NCBI RefSeq assembly: GCF_963921235.1
Contig: NC_086101.1
Coordinates: 28,892,001 to 28,956,000 of the forward strand
DNA: 64,000 bases
Source: Mobula hypostoma
Lineage: Eukaryota
Direction: 5' to 3'
A model generated the notes under the pieces. That model ran no database searches, was not told where the DNA came from, and saw only the letters and a program-made list of their open reading frames with translations. This document shows, piece by piece, positions 1 to 12,300 of this stretch; the first letter of the stretch is position 1; every line of letters begins with the position of its first letter. The translations under genes were made by a program, and so were the position numbers.

Positions 1-170
1 TCCAACTTTCAAATCCCTTACTCACTCTTCCTTCAGTTTGTCCTGACGAAGGGTCTCGGCCTGAAACGTCGACTGCACCTCTTCCTACAGATGCTGCTTG
101 GCCTGCTGTGTTCACCAGCAACTTTGATGTATGTTACTTGAATTTCCAGCATCTGCAGAATTCCTGTTGT
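1..170 (+). mobile_element. Penelope-like element 3' tail fragment
   Basis: Near-identical to the tail following the GIY-YIG ORF at 62880-63270 (- strand). Confidence 0.7.
40..75 (+). ncRNA. Minimal type I hammerhead ribozyme in a Penelope-like element 3' region
   Basis: GUC-CUGACGA-AGG(GUCUCGG)CCU-GAAAC-GUC/GAC: intact core CUGANGA...GAAA, 3-bp stem II, palindromic ACGU stem III, GUC cleavage triplet at 68-70, stem I GUC/GAC. Confidence 0.7.
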
Positions 171-2028
171 TTAGGGAACATAAAAACTGACTGTAAAAGC
201 TTTTATAGATATGTAAAAAGGAAAAGACTGGTAAAGAAAAATGTAGGTCCCCTACAGACAGAAACAGGTGAATTGATTCTGGGGAGCAAGGACGTGGCAG
301 ACCAATTGAATAATTACTTTGGTGCTGTCTTCACTAAGGAGGACATAAATAATCTTCCAGAAATAGTAGGGGACAGAGGGTCCAGTGAGATGGAGGAACT
401 GAGGGAAATTCATGTTAGTAGGGAAGTGGTGTTAGGTAAATTGAAGGATATGGTCTGCATCCCAGAGTGCTTAAGGAAGTAGCCCAAGAAATAGTGGATG
501 CATTAGTGATAATTTTTCAAAACTCGTTAGATTATGGACTAGTTCCTGAGGATTGGAGGGTGGTTAATGTAACCCCATTTTTTAAAAAAGGAGGGAGAGA
601 GAAACCAGGAATTATAGACCAGTTAGCCTAACATCAGTGGTGGGGAAACTGCTAGAGTCAGTTATCAAAGATGTGATAACAGCACATTTTGAAAGCGGTG
701 AAATCATCGAACAAAGTCAGCATGGATTTGTGAAAGGAAAATCATGTCTGACGAATCTCATAGAATTTTTTGAGGATGTAACTAGTAGAGTGGATGGGGA
801 GAACCAGTGGATGTGGTATATTTGGATTTTCAAAAGGCTTTTGATAAAGTCCCGCACAGGAGATCAGTGTGCAAACTTAAAGCACACAGTATTGGGGGTA
901 AGGTATTGATGTGGATAGAGAATTGGTTGGCAGGCAGGAAGCAAAGAGTTGGAATAAACGGGACCTTTTCAGAATGGCAGGCAGTGACTAGTAGGGTACC
1001 GCAAGGCTCAGTGCTGGGACCCCAGTTGTTTACAATATATATTAATGACTTGGATGAGGGAATTAAATGCAGCATCTCCAAGTCTGCGGATGACACGAAG
1101 CTGGGCGGCAGTGTTAGCTGTGAGGAGGATGCTAAGAGGATGCAGGGTGACTTGGATAGGTTAGGTGAGTGGGCAAATTCATGGAAGATGCAATTTAATG
1201 TGGATAAATGTGAAGTTATCCACTTTGGTGGCAAAAACAGGAAAACAGATTATTATCTGAATGGTGGCCGATTAGGAAAAGGAGAGGTGCAACAAGACCT
1301 GGGTGTCATTATACACCAGTCATTGAAAATGAGCATGTAGGTACAGCAGGCGGTGCAAAAGGCGAATGGTATGCTGGCATTTATAGCGAGAGGATTTGAG
1401 TACAGGAGCAGGGAGGTACTACTGCAGTTGTACAAGGCCTTGGTGAGACCACACCTGGAGTATTGTGTGCAGTTTTGGTCCCCTAATCTGAGGAAAGACA
1501 TTCTTGCCATTGAGGGAGTACAAAGAAGGTTCACCAGATTGATTCCTGGAATGGCAGGACTTTCATATGATGAAAGACTGGATGAACTAGGCTTATACTC
1601 GTTGGAATTTAGAAGATTGAGGGGGAATCTGATTGAAATGTATAACATGCTAAAGGGATTGGACAGGCTAGATGCAGGAAGATTGTTCCCGATGTTGGGG
1701 AAGTCCAGAACAAGGGGTCACAGTTTGAGGATAAAGGGGAAGCCTTTTAGGACCGAGATGAGGAAAAACTTCTTCACATAGAGAGTGGTGAATCTGTGGA
1801 ATTCTCTGCCACAGGAAACAGTTGAGGCCAGTTCATTGGCTATATTTAAGACGGAGTTAGATATGGCCCTGGTGGCTAAAGGGATCAGGGGGTATGGAGG
1901 GAAGGCTGGTGCAGGGTTCTGAGTTGGATGATCAGCCATGATCATACTGAATGGTGGTGCAGGCTCGAAGGGCCAAATGGCCTACTCCTGCACTTATTTT
2001 CAATGTTTCTATGTTTTCTATGTTTCTA
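171..2028 (+). mobile_element. 5'-truncated CR1 LINE (RT and 3' end), frameshifted
   Basis: ORFs 637-909, 807-1340 and 1353-1781 carry CR1 RT motifs ([40 protein letters not shown]). (tttctatg)n tail at about 2004-2028. Confidence 0.92.
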
Positions 2029-2258
2029 TGACATCCTTATCTATTCCCACTCTCATCAGGACCACATCCAGCATGTCCAGAGAGTATTCAGATGCCTTCT
2101 TGAAAACGACCTGTATGCCAAGCCTGAAAAATGTGAATTCCATAAAGACCAGGTGTCATTTTTAGGCTATATACTTACCCCATCCAGTGTTCAAATGGAC
2201 CCTAGTAAAGTTCAGGCTGTTGCAGAATGGCCCAAACCGTCTACAGTCAAACAGGTAC
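2029..2258 (+). mobile_element. Isolated Ty3/Gypsy reverse transcriptase fragment
   Basis: DILIYSHSHQDHIQHVQRVF..LYAKPEKCEFHKDQVSFLGY..MDPSKVQAVAEWPKP, typical Gypsy RT C-terminal region. Confidence 0.8.
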
Positions 2259-2259
2259 A

Positions 2260-2810
2260 GCCAACAGAAATGCAAGCACAGCTGAGAGCCATACAATTGC
2301 CCATGCTACACCTTTTTCTTGAAGGGAGGAGCCGAAGGAGAAGTTATTGAGAGTGAGGAACAGTTTCACTAGGTGGAGGAGAGTGGTGATGGAGGGGAGC
2401 TGGTTGGGTCTGGTGTCCAGAAAGAAATAGAGAAGTTGAGGCCATTCTAGTGGGATGTGGAGGTGTATAGGGTTGGACATCCATAGTGAAAATAAGATGA
2501 TCAGGTCCCGTGAACTTGAAATTATTGAAAAGATCAAGAGGGTGTGAAGTGTCAAGGATGTAAGTGGTTAGGGACTGAATGGGGGGTTGGGGTGGGGGGG
2601 ATAAAACTGAGTAGAGGACTGCAGATATACGTTCAGTGGAGCAGGAACTAGCAGAAACAATAGGTCTACCTGGACAGGCAGGGTTGTGGATCTTGGGCAG
2701 TTGGTAGAAATGGGTTGTACGGGTGCAGGAACTATGAGGTTGGTGGCAGTGGATGGGAGATCCCCAAAGTTAATAAGGTCGGTGATGGTGTGGGAGACTG
2801 TTGACAATCT
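2260..2810 (-). mobile_element. Degenerate Penelope-like RT fragments
   Basis: Minus-strand translation fragments such as LVKLFLTLNNFSF..MGYS and DLLFLLVPA resemble Penelope RT. Confidence 0.5.
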
Positions 2811-3019
2811 TCTGAGACTCTGGAGTGGGGGACTCTACTACAATAATTGATGGGCTCTCTCAGTGTACCTGGACACTCCCTGTCCAGTAGCAGAAGAACC
2901 CTATTCTGTGATCATTCCCTAACCAGCCCTGTTTCATGAAGTATGACTGAATCAACGGGTCAGGCCACAGCTGTGGAGGGATCTGGACAGTGGATGTTTT
3001 GTGTCAACACTGCATTTCA

Positions 3020-6000
3020 TAGGAAAAAAACCATAGAAAATCGGTACAGAAGTCGGTCATTCAGCCCTTCGAGCCTGCACCGCCATTCAGTATAATCATG
3101 GCTGATCATCCAGGTCAGAAACCTGCACCTGCTTTCTCTCCATACCCCCGATCCCTTTAGCCACAAGGGCCATATCTAACTCCCTCTTAAATATAGCCAA
3201 TGAACGGGCCTCAACTGTTTACTGTGGCAGAGAATTCCACAGATTCACCACTCTCTGCGTGAAGAAGTTTTTCCTAATCTCGATCCTAAAAGGCGTCCCC
3301 TTGATCCTTAAACTGTGACCCCTCATTCTGGACTTCCCCAACATCGGGAACAATCTTCCTGCATCGAGCCTGTCCAATACCTTTAGAATTTTATACATTT
3401 CAATCAGATCCCCCCTCAATCTTCTAAATTCCAGCGAGTATAAGCCTAGTCAATCCAGTCTTTCTTCTTATGAAAGTCCTGCCATCCCAGGAATCAACCT
3501 GGTGAACCTTCTTTTTACTCCCTCTATGGCAAGAATGTCTTTCCTCAGATTAGGGGACCAAAACTGCACACAATACTCCAGGTGTGGTGTCACCAAGGCC
3601 TTGTACAACTGCAGTAGAACCTCCCTGCTCCTGTAGTCGAATCCTCTTGCTATGAATGCCAACATACCATTCGCCTTTTTCACCACCTGCTGTACCTGCA
3701 TGCCCACTTTCAATGACTGGTGTACAATGACACCCAGGTCTCGTTGCACCTCCCCTTTTCCTAATCGGCCACCATTCAGATAATAATCTGTTTTCCTGTT
3801 TTTGCCACCAAAGTGGATAACCTCACATTTATCCACATTATATTGCATCTTCCATGAACTTGCCCACTCACCTAACCTATCCAAGTCACCCTGCATCTTC
3901 TTTGCATCCTCCTCACAGCTAACACTGCTGCCCAGCTTCGTGTCATCCGCAAACTTGAAGATGCTGCACTTAATTCCCTCATCTACATCATCAATATATA
4001 TTGTAAACAACTGGGGTCCCAGCACTGAGCCTTGCGGTACCCCACTAGTCACTGCCTGCCATTCTGAAAAGGTCCTGTTTATTCCCACTCTTTGCTTCCT
4101 GTCTGCCAACCAATTCTCTAACCACATCAATACCATACTCCCAATACAATGTGCTTTAAGTCTGCACACTAATCTAATGTGTGGGATCTTGTCAAAAGCC
4201 TTTTGAAAATCCAAATATACCACATCCACTGGTTCTCCCCTATCCACTCTACTAGTTACATCCTCAAAAAATTCTATAAGATTCGTCAGACACGATATTC
4301 CTTTCACAAATCCATGCTGACTTTGTTCGATGATTTCACCGCTTTCAAAATGTGCTGTTATCACATCTTTGATAACTGACTCTAGCAGTTTCCCCACCAC
4401 CAATTTTAGGCTAACTGGTCTATAATTCCCCGGTTTCTCTCTCCCTCCTTTTTTAAAAAGTGGGGTTACATTAGCCACCCTCCAATCCTCAGGAACTAGT
4501 CCAGAATCTAAAGAGTTTTGAAAAATTATCACTAATGCATACACTATTTCTTGGGCTACTTCCTTAAGCACTCTGGGATGCCTTCAATTTACCTAACACC
4601 ACTTCCCTACTAACATGTATTTCCCTCAGTTCCTCCATCTCACTGGACCCTCAGTCCCCCACAATTTCTGGAAGATTATTTATGTCCTCATTAGTGAAGA
4701 CAGAAGGAGAGTAGTTATTCAATTGGTCTGCCATGTCCTTGTTCCCATGATCAATTCACCTGTTTCTGACTGTAAGGGACCTACATTTGTCTTAACCAAT
4801 CTTTTTCTTTTCACATATCAATAAAAGCTTTTACAGTCAGTTTTTATGTTCCCTGCCAGCTTTCTCTCATAATCCTTTTTCCATTTCCTAATTAAGCCCT
4901 TTGTCCACCTCTGCTGGACTCTGAATTTCTCCCAGTCCTCAGGTGAGCCGCTTTCTCTGGCTAATTTGTACGTTTCTTCTTTGGATTTGATACTATCCCT
5001 AATTTCCTTTGTCAGCCACGGGTGCACTACCTTGCCTGGTTTATTCTTTTGCCAAACTGTGATGAACAATTGTTGTAGTTCATCCATGTGATCTTTAAAT
5101 GCTTGCCATTGCATATCCACCGTCAACCCTTTAAGTATCATTTGCCAGTCCATCTTAGCTAATACACATCTCATGCCTTCAAAGTTACCCTTCTTTAAGT
5201 TCAGAACCTTTGTTTCTGAATTAACTATGTCACTCTCTATCTTAATGAAGAATTCTACCATACTATGGTCACTCTTAACCAAGGGGCCTCGCACGACAGG
5301 GTTGCTAACTAACCCTTCCTCATTGCTCAATACCCAGTCTAGAATGACCTGCCCTCTAGTTGGTTCCTCAACACGTTGGTTCAGAAAACCATCCCGCATG
5401 CATTCCAAGAAATCCTCTTCCTCAGCAACCTTACCAATTTGGTTCACCCCAATCTATATGTAGATTGAAGTCACCCATTATTACTTCTGTTCCTTTATTG
5501 CATGCATTTCTAATTCCCTGTTTAATGCCATCCCCAACCTCACTACTACTGTTAGGTAGCCTGTACACAACTCCCACCAGCGTTTTCTGCCCCTTAGTGT
5601 TATGCAGCTCTACCCATATCCATTTTGCATCCTCCAGGCTAATGTCCTTCCTTTCTATTGCGTTAATCTTCTCTCTAACCAGCAATGGTAGCCCACCTCC
5701 TTTTCTTTCAAGTCTATCCTTCCTGAACACTGAATATCCCTGGATGTTGAACTCCCATCCTTGGTCACCCTGGAGCCATGCCTCTGTGATCCCAACTATA
5801 TCATATTCATTAATAACTATCTGCACATTCAATTCATCCACCTTGTTACGAATGCTCCTTGCATTGACACACAAAGCCTTCAGGCTTGCTTTTACAACAC
5901 TCATAGCCCTTATACAATTATGTTGAAAAGTGGCCCTTTTTGATTTTTGCCCTGGATTTGTCTGCCTGCCACTTTTACTTTTCACCTTACTACTTTTTGC

Positions 6001-6360
6001 TTCTACCGTCATTTTACACCCCTCTGTCTCACTGCACTTGTTCCCACCCCCCTGCCACATTAATTTAAATCCTCCTGAACAACAGTAGCAAAACACTCCC
6101 CCAGGACATGGGTTCCAGCCCAGTCCAGGTGCAGACCGTCCTGTTTGTACCGGTCCCACCTCCCCCAGAGCTGGTTCCAATGCCCCAGAAATTTGAATCC
6201 CTCCCCCTTGCACCATTTTCAAGCCACGTATTCATCTGATATATCCTCCTATTTCTACTCTGACTAGCACGTGGCACTGGTAGTAATCCAGAGATTATTA
6301 CCTTTGTGGTCCCACTTTTTAGTTTATCTCCTGACTCCCTAAATTCACCTTGTAGGACCC
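3020..6360 (-). mobile_element. CR1 LINE: ORF1 esterase remnant, endonuclease, RT and 3' tail, with several frameshifts
   Basis: ORFs 6065-6466, 5431-6222, 4818-5447, 3468-4571 and 3219-3419. Motifs include MGDFN, SDH and FADDTKL. Confidence 0.93.
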
Positions 6361-6689
6361 CAGCGGAGCAGGCGACGTTGTAGCGGGCAACGGAGTAGAG
6401 GGAGACAGAGTAGGAAGGCTTTGTCTCGAGAGGCTTCAACGAGCAGAGGCTGAGGATGAGCTTCACTCCAAGTGAGGTAAGCCCAGGTAAGTTCCTTTAA
6501 AGGGAGAACGGTCTGCAGCAGTATTTTATTTGAAGTAAGGAAGGTGGTGAGGCTATAGCTCATTGGTGAGCCTAGCTAAGTGAGCTAGGGCAGTAGCAAT
6601 AGTTGTTTTAAGAACTCCAAGGGAAAGAGTGGCACCACTGCGCAGACACGTGATGTCAGCCGGGTGAGCGCCGAGCGTTTTGAAAAAGA

Positions 6690-8010
6690 GGGCCTCCCTA
6701 TCCTCCTCTACTGGAAAGATAAAGCCACACTCAGGTTGGAGGAACAACACCTTATATTCCATCTGGGTAGCCTCCAATCTGAGGGCATGAAGATTGACTT
6801 CTCAAACTTCCACTAATGCCCCACCTCCCCCTCGTACCCCATCTGTTATTTATTTATATACACACATTCTTTCTCTCTCTCTCCTTTTTGTTCCTTTGCC
6901 TATACCCCTTGCCCATCCTCTGGGTTTTTTCCCTCTCCCCCTTTTCCATCTCCCCGGGCCCCCTGTCCCATGATCCTCTCATATCCCTTTTGCCAATCAA
7001 CTGTCCCGCTAACACTCACAACACGCTGGAGGAACTCAGCAGGTCGGGCAGCATCCGTGGAAAAGATCAGTTCACGTTTCAGGCCGGAACTCTTCGTCAG
7101 GACTGTTTGGGGAAGGGGCAGAGGCCCTATAAAGAAGGTGGGGGGAGGGTGGGAAGGAGAAGGCTGGTAGGTTCCAGGTGAAAAACCAGTAAGGGGAAAG
7201 ATAAAGGGGTGGGGGAAGGGAGGCAGGAAGGTGATAGGCAGGAAAGGTGAAGAAAGAATAGGGGAAAACACAATAGGTAGTAGAAGGAAGTGGAACCATG
7301 AGGGAGGTGGTAGGCAGCTGGGGGAGGGGGCAGAGTGACATAGGGATAGGGGAAGGGAGGGGGAGGGAACTACCGGAAGTTGGCGAATTCTATGTTCATA
7401 CCAAGGGGCTGGAGACTACCTAAACAGTATATAAGGTGTTGCTCCTCCAACCTGAGTTTAGCCTCATCATGGCAGTAGAGAAGGCCATGTATGGACATAT
7501 CTGAATGGGAGTGGGAAGCAGAGTTGCAGTTGGTGGCTGTTGGGAGATCCTGTCTGTTTTGTGGGAAGGAGCAGAGGTGCTCGACGAAGCGGTCCCCAAA
7601 TCTGCGTTGGGTTTCACTGATGTAGAGGAGGCCGCACCGGGAGAAGCAGATGCAATAGATGACCCCAACATACTCATAAGTGAAGTGTTGTCTCACTTGG
7701 AAGTACTGTTTGGGGCCCTGAATGGTGGCAAGTGAGGAGGTGTAGGGACAGGTGTAGCACTTGCACTTACAGGTCCAGCTCTTGGCTCCACCCCTCACCC
7801 TCCTGTCTTCTCCTATCATTTTGGATCTCCCCCTCCCCCTGCCACTTTCAAATCTCCTACTAGCTCTTCCTTCAGTTAGTCCTGACAAAGGGTCTCGGCC
7901 TGAAACGTCGACTGTATCTCTTCCTAGAGATGCTGCCTGGCCTGCTGCGTTCAGCAGCAACTCTGATGTGTGTTGCTTGAATTCCAGCATCTGCAGGATT
8001 CCTCGTGTTT
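6690..8010. mobile_element. Cluster of Penelope-like fragments in alternating orientation (+ 6690-7010, - 7012-7765 with GIY-YIG, + 7767-8010)
   Basis: GVIYCICFSRCGLLYISETQRRFGDRFVEHL in ORF 7370-8155 (-). The flanking tail copies are on the + strand. Confidence 0.8.
7878..7914 (+). ncRNA. Degenerate hammerhead copy (core CUGACAA instead of CUGACGA), probably inactive
   Basis: Same Penelope tail sequence as 40-75, with a G-to-A change in the conserved core. Confidence 0.5.
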
Positions 8011-8019
8011 GCGACCTCC

Positions 8020-8545
8020 CTATCCAGCGGGCAGCGGAGTGAGTGATATCAGAGTGAAAGGGATTTGGCTGATGTGAGCAGACGCTGAGGAGGAGCTTGC
8101 TCCCAGTGAGGCCCATACCACTCCCGAGGCAGTCGGCAATGTTCCACGTCCACATTTCAAAAGTTGAGGCAACGTAATGGGTAGGTCATGGCAGCTGTGA
8201 TCGGCCCCGTGGTTGTTAATCCTGCAGCATGTGGGAAATCAGGGATACCTCCAGTGTCCCTGATGACTATGTGTGCAGGAAATGTGTCCAGCTGCAGCTT
8301 CTGGCAAACCGCATTGAGCGGCTGGAGCTGTGATTGGATTCATACCGGAGCATCCGCGATGCTGAGACAGTCGTGAATAGCACGTTCAGTGAGCTGGCCA
8401 CACCGCAGGTAAAGGCTACACAGGCAGAAAGGGAATGGGTGGCCACTAGACAGCGTAGCAGTAGGCAGGTAGTGCAGAAGTCCCCTTGGGTCATCTCCCT
8501 CCTAAACAGAAACAGTATACTGTTTTGGATATTGTTGGGGGAGAT
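8020..8545 (+). mobile_element. CR1 5' UTR and ORF1 N-terminal (zinc-finger / coiled-coil) fragment
   Basis: DDYVCRKCVQLQLL..IERLEL and DSYRSIRDAETVVNSTFSELATPQV (ORF 8334-8642) match CR1 ORF1p. Confidence 0.7.
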
Positions 8546-8639
8546 GTCTCATGACCTTCATTTCCCTTCACATCTGCTGCCTGGCCCGCCCAGTTCTTCC
8601 AGAAGTTTTGTTTTACCCAGTGACTGGAGAAGGTTGTTC

Positions 8640-9300
8640 TGAGCAGCTTCCCACGGGCTATTGGGAGGTTCCTGAAATTTACACTCGCCGAATTTGATGC
8701 AACACGACTGGAAGTGGTTTGGCTCCGCTCCCTCCCGCGATCTGCTGACACTCCACTCCCCCCGCAGTCCATTTCTGTCGAAGGATTTTCAGTTACTGGC
8801 TGCACCTGCACCGACTGGCCGCGTCTGTGAATCTAACTCCACCCTCAGCACTTCACTGACTAACGATCAGGGTTCAGTCGATGCGAGGAGTTGTCGCAAT
8901 GGAGAGCTGGACCGGACCGGTATCGCTCCTTGTCACCGCGTTATCTCTCTGCTCTGTCGCGGGAGGCCAGGCAGGTGAGGCGAGGGTATGTGACGGCGAT
9001 GGTCGGGGTTTGTGTCGGGAAATTCACCTTTAAATCTTTTGGACTTTCTGGCTGTCGCTCCATTAGACGGGAAGACGACCTCACCGCACTCCTGTGTTCT
9101 CATTTCACTCCTGTGAAATTTCTGGAGTCGATAAACTCGGGGCAAAATGATACTTGAATAGGTTTCACAGGTGGATAGGAATTGTCGCCAATTCCCAGAG
9201 GAAAGTCCCACAATCTTAACAGAGGCATCACATTAAAGCAATTAATCTGAGTTTAACTATCCTGTAACTGCCACGTTACGTCAGTCTGTTTCACAATACC
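8640..9300 (+). promoter_or_regulatory. CpG island / putative promoter around exon 1, with a perfect NF-kB site (GGAAAGTCCC, 9200-9209) and a CRE-like TTACGTCA (9276-9283)
   Basis: About 30 or more CpGs in 8641-9140 by manual count, against CpG-depleted old repeats nearby. GGAAAGTCCC is the reverse complement of the canonical kB site GGGACTTTCC. ATTGG at 8660. Confidence 0.55.
8899..8974 (+). CDS. Exon 1, signal peptide (25 aa) of the MHC class I-like gene
   Basis: ATG at 8899, hydrophobic core [12 protein letters not shown], small residues before cleavage (GGQA), strong donor CAG|GTGAGG at 8975. The phase-1 G joins AC of exon 2 to give D-SHSL, the typical class I mature N-terminus. Lies in a CpG-rich non-repeat island. 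Confidence 0.78.
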
Positions 9301-12300
9301 AGAGAAATACTCCTGTTCTACCCATTCCTCTAGGGTCTGCACACACATAGCGGTCCGAGTGGCCTCTTTCTGTGCCTTATGTGTGAATGACTTCTCTGCT
9401 ACCAAAAACTAACTTGATTTCTCTCATTCCAAGTTCTGACTCAGGCTCCCGAATCTGAAACATTCATTCTTTGTCTCTCGGCAGATGCTACCCGAACTGT
9501 TCCAAGATTTCCATCTTGGTCATTAAACATTAGCCCTGTTTCTCTGTCCTTGCATGCTATCGGAACTTTCCGTCTTTAACTTGAGACATTAACAGTTCCT
9601 CTTTTCTCCAGATACTGCCTGGCCTGTTGACTATTGTCAGAACTTTTTCTTTCTATTTTCAAAGTGCATCAAGAGTTGGCTCTAAGTTTTGGTGATTAAT
9701 GTGGTAATAGACTGGCAGAACATTGATGCATGTTATGTACAAGGACTTCTGGGAGGTTTTGTAAAATCGCCAGGTTAACACCGCTCATGCCAAATGATGC
9801 AGCGGGAAGTGGAAGCAGTTGCCAGTGGACATGAGTGGCGAGTTCATCAAAGCTCTAGTGTTGGGGTGGTTGGTCAGTATGTTTACACATGGCAGACTAT
9901 GGAAGAGTCTGCACTGGCTGCTTACAGAAAATACAATGAAAAAGGAAGCAGAAGAAATAGAAGCAATAAATCACAAAGAGCAATATTGCTCAGTTTCAGT
10001 TAATTTTGGTAGCCGGGAATTTAGGACGCTCAGGGAGATTTTAGGTACGTTCAGTCCAATTCATCGTTACATGCATAAGAATGTTTTTTTTTCTCTCAGT
10101 GCGATACTCTGCCAGAGCCTCGGCGACCACTTTTTCAAGTGGTTGTCTTTGGAGGAAAGATTCTATGAGTGGTCCCCCAAGTCCTTCTCACAGCGCAGTG
10201 TTTTTTTACGAGGCCGAGTTGCGTACGCGACACTCAACCCGGCACGGATGGAAAGATCGAATGGCTCCGGAGTCCGGCGCCGATGTCACTGCGCCACCAG
10301 CCGGCCGATAAGAATGGTTAGATACAGATAAAATGAAAATCTCGCTTGCAGCAGCATTACAAGCAGGCATTTTCAGGGAACACACAGAATGACAGTTACG
10401 CAAAGCTTATGCAAGTCAATGAACAAAAACAGCGGCCGATTGAGACATCAGAGCTAAAAAAAAACACACAATCAGAGATGGCCGGCTGCAAAAGTACACG
10501 GGGAAGCAACAGCGGTTGTGCCTCTGGCACTGAGTCTGGCCCTGTGGCTCAGAAGGGTAGGCAACTTAAGAGGATGGCCCCAGTAATAGGAGATTCTGTA
10601 GGCAGGGGGACAGATGGGTGATTCTGTAGAAGCAGAAAGGAAACACACGTAGGGTTCTCAGCAATACTAGATGGACTATTAATTATTAATTGCTTATTAC
10701 CAAAATGGCTTCTCGTACTGTTAACTGCTGAGGCAGGGGTTCTCTGTAACCACATGTTTTGCTTAGTGAAAATGGAAATTGTATTCATTTGCTAGCCAAT
10801 GGAAGTCATGTTATGTTATTTTGTATGTGTGTGCTGAGTTGAGGAGCGCGGGCTTTTTCGGGAGGCGAGCAGAGAGGACGGACGTGCGGGGAACGGACAG
10901 CGGTTCCAGGGCAGCAGATACCGGACCTTGGGGGTTCGGATGGTGGCCGGAGTCTCGGAAGGAAGTTGTGGATGGAATCGGAGGCGTGAGCTCCAACGTA
11001 TTAAAATATGTGCACAAGACTGACGAGTTACTTATGTGGCGCCTTTTCTTTTAGTTGTTGCTACTAACCCACCACCAAAACTTGCTATAAAGTATAATTC
11101 GTTCCTCGCACTCGGTATATTGTTTGATATTTGTGTCGTGGCTGATCATTGGGTGCCTCACACCGCATCCGCACCAAAGCATTTGCACTGTTTGGCGGGG
11201 TCGACGCCTACTGACCCTAGGCGACGGGACTCAGTTGGGGCAAAGGCCGTTACATTGTGGGGGCTCGAGCCGCGGATTTCAATTCTGTCGGATACGGTGT
11301 AAATCGCCAGAGTTAAATAGAAGAGATGGATGCGTATAAGATTGAACCTTGGTGTGAGATCTTGGATGTCCCGGTTAATCATGCCTGGGTATTAAGTGGG
11401 GTGGATATACATTTCCCGGACGATGCGTTAATTCGATGTTTGAATACGGTCAGAGCTATCGGTAAGGTTGAGATTGTAAGCAGAAAGATTGGTAAAACGG
11501 GAGACTCCGCCTTTGTGCTGATACAGACTGGTGTTGACGTCAAGGAACTGGGACTGCCCCAGTCTATCGGTGAGGTGGGTGAGGCGGGACCGTGGGCGTG
11601 CACACTGTCACGGAGGAAGGGTTTGAAGAGACACCAGAGAAGTTGCCCGAGGCTACAGGCGGAGATTTTAGAGAGCGGGTCCATTCGTTTCTGAAGGATG
11701 AAGAAAGGGGGTGGTCGGATTTGGAGAATGTAATTAGTTCTCATCCCTCAGGGAAGGCGGAGGGCTCTGAGTTGGCCTCAGCCATTAACTCTTCGGTGAA
11801 CCGGGTGGTGGGTCCGCGACCGAAGTTAAGAATTTTCTCAGGGAAGACCCCCATCCCCGACGGGGAAGAGGATTATGAATCCTGGGTAGAACATACCTCT
11901 CAGCTGCTGGGTGAGTGGCAGTGTTCTGAGGAGGAGAAGCGACAAAGATTGGGGGACAGTTTGAGAGGGGCGGCAGCTGAGGTGGTAAAAGGGGTGAGAG
12001 TTAACCAGCCCCTGGCTTCTTGGAAAGAGTGTCCAGCCGCCCTAGAGGAGGCGTTTGGGCTGACGGGAAGCACGGTGGAGCTTTTCGGGGGGGGGGGCGG
12101 AATTCAGAATTTGCTTCAGGAGAAAGGGGAAAAGCTTTCTGAGCATCTTCTCCGACTAGAGCGTAGGCTAAATTGCTTGAGGCGCCGGGGGGTCATTTGG
12201 GGAATGAGGTGGATCGGATAAGTACCGATCAGGTAGCCAAAGGCGCGCAGAGATATGATGCGATGGCTACGAGTCTCCGGCAGTCCCGTAGAGCGCGTCC

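Noticed and set aside
9819-10331. 170-aa ORF as an independent gene
   Set aside because: No recognisable domain, no supporting gene structure, and the length is compatible with chance.
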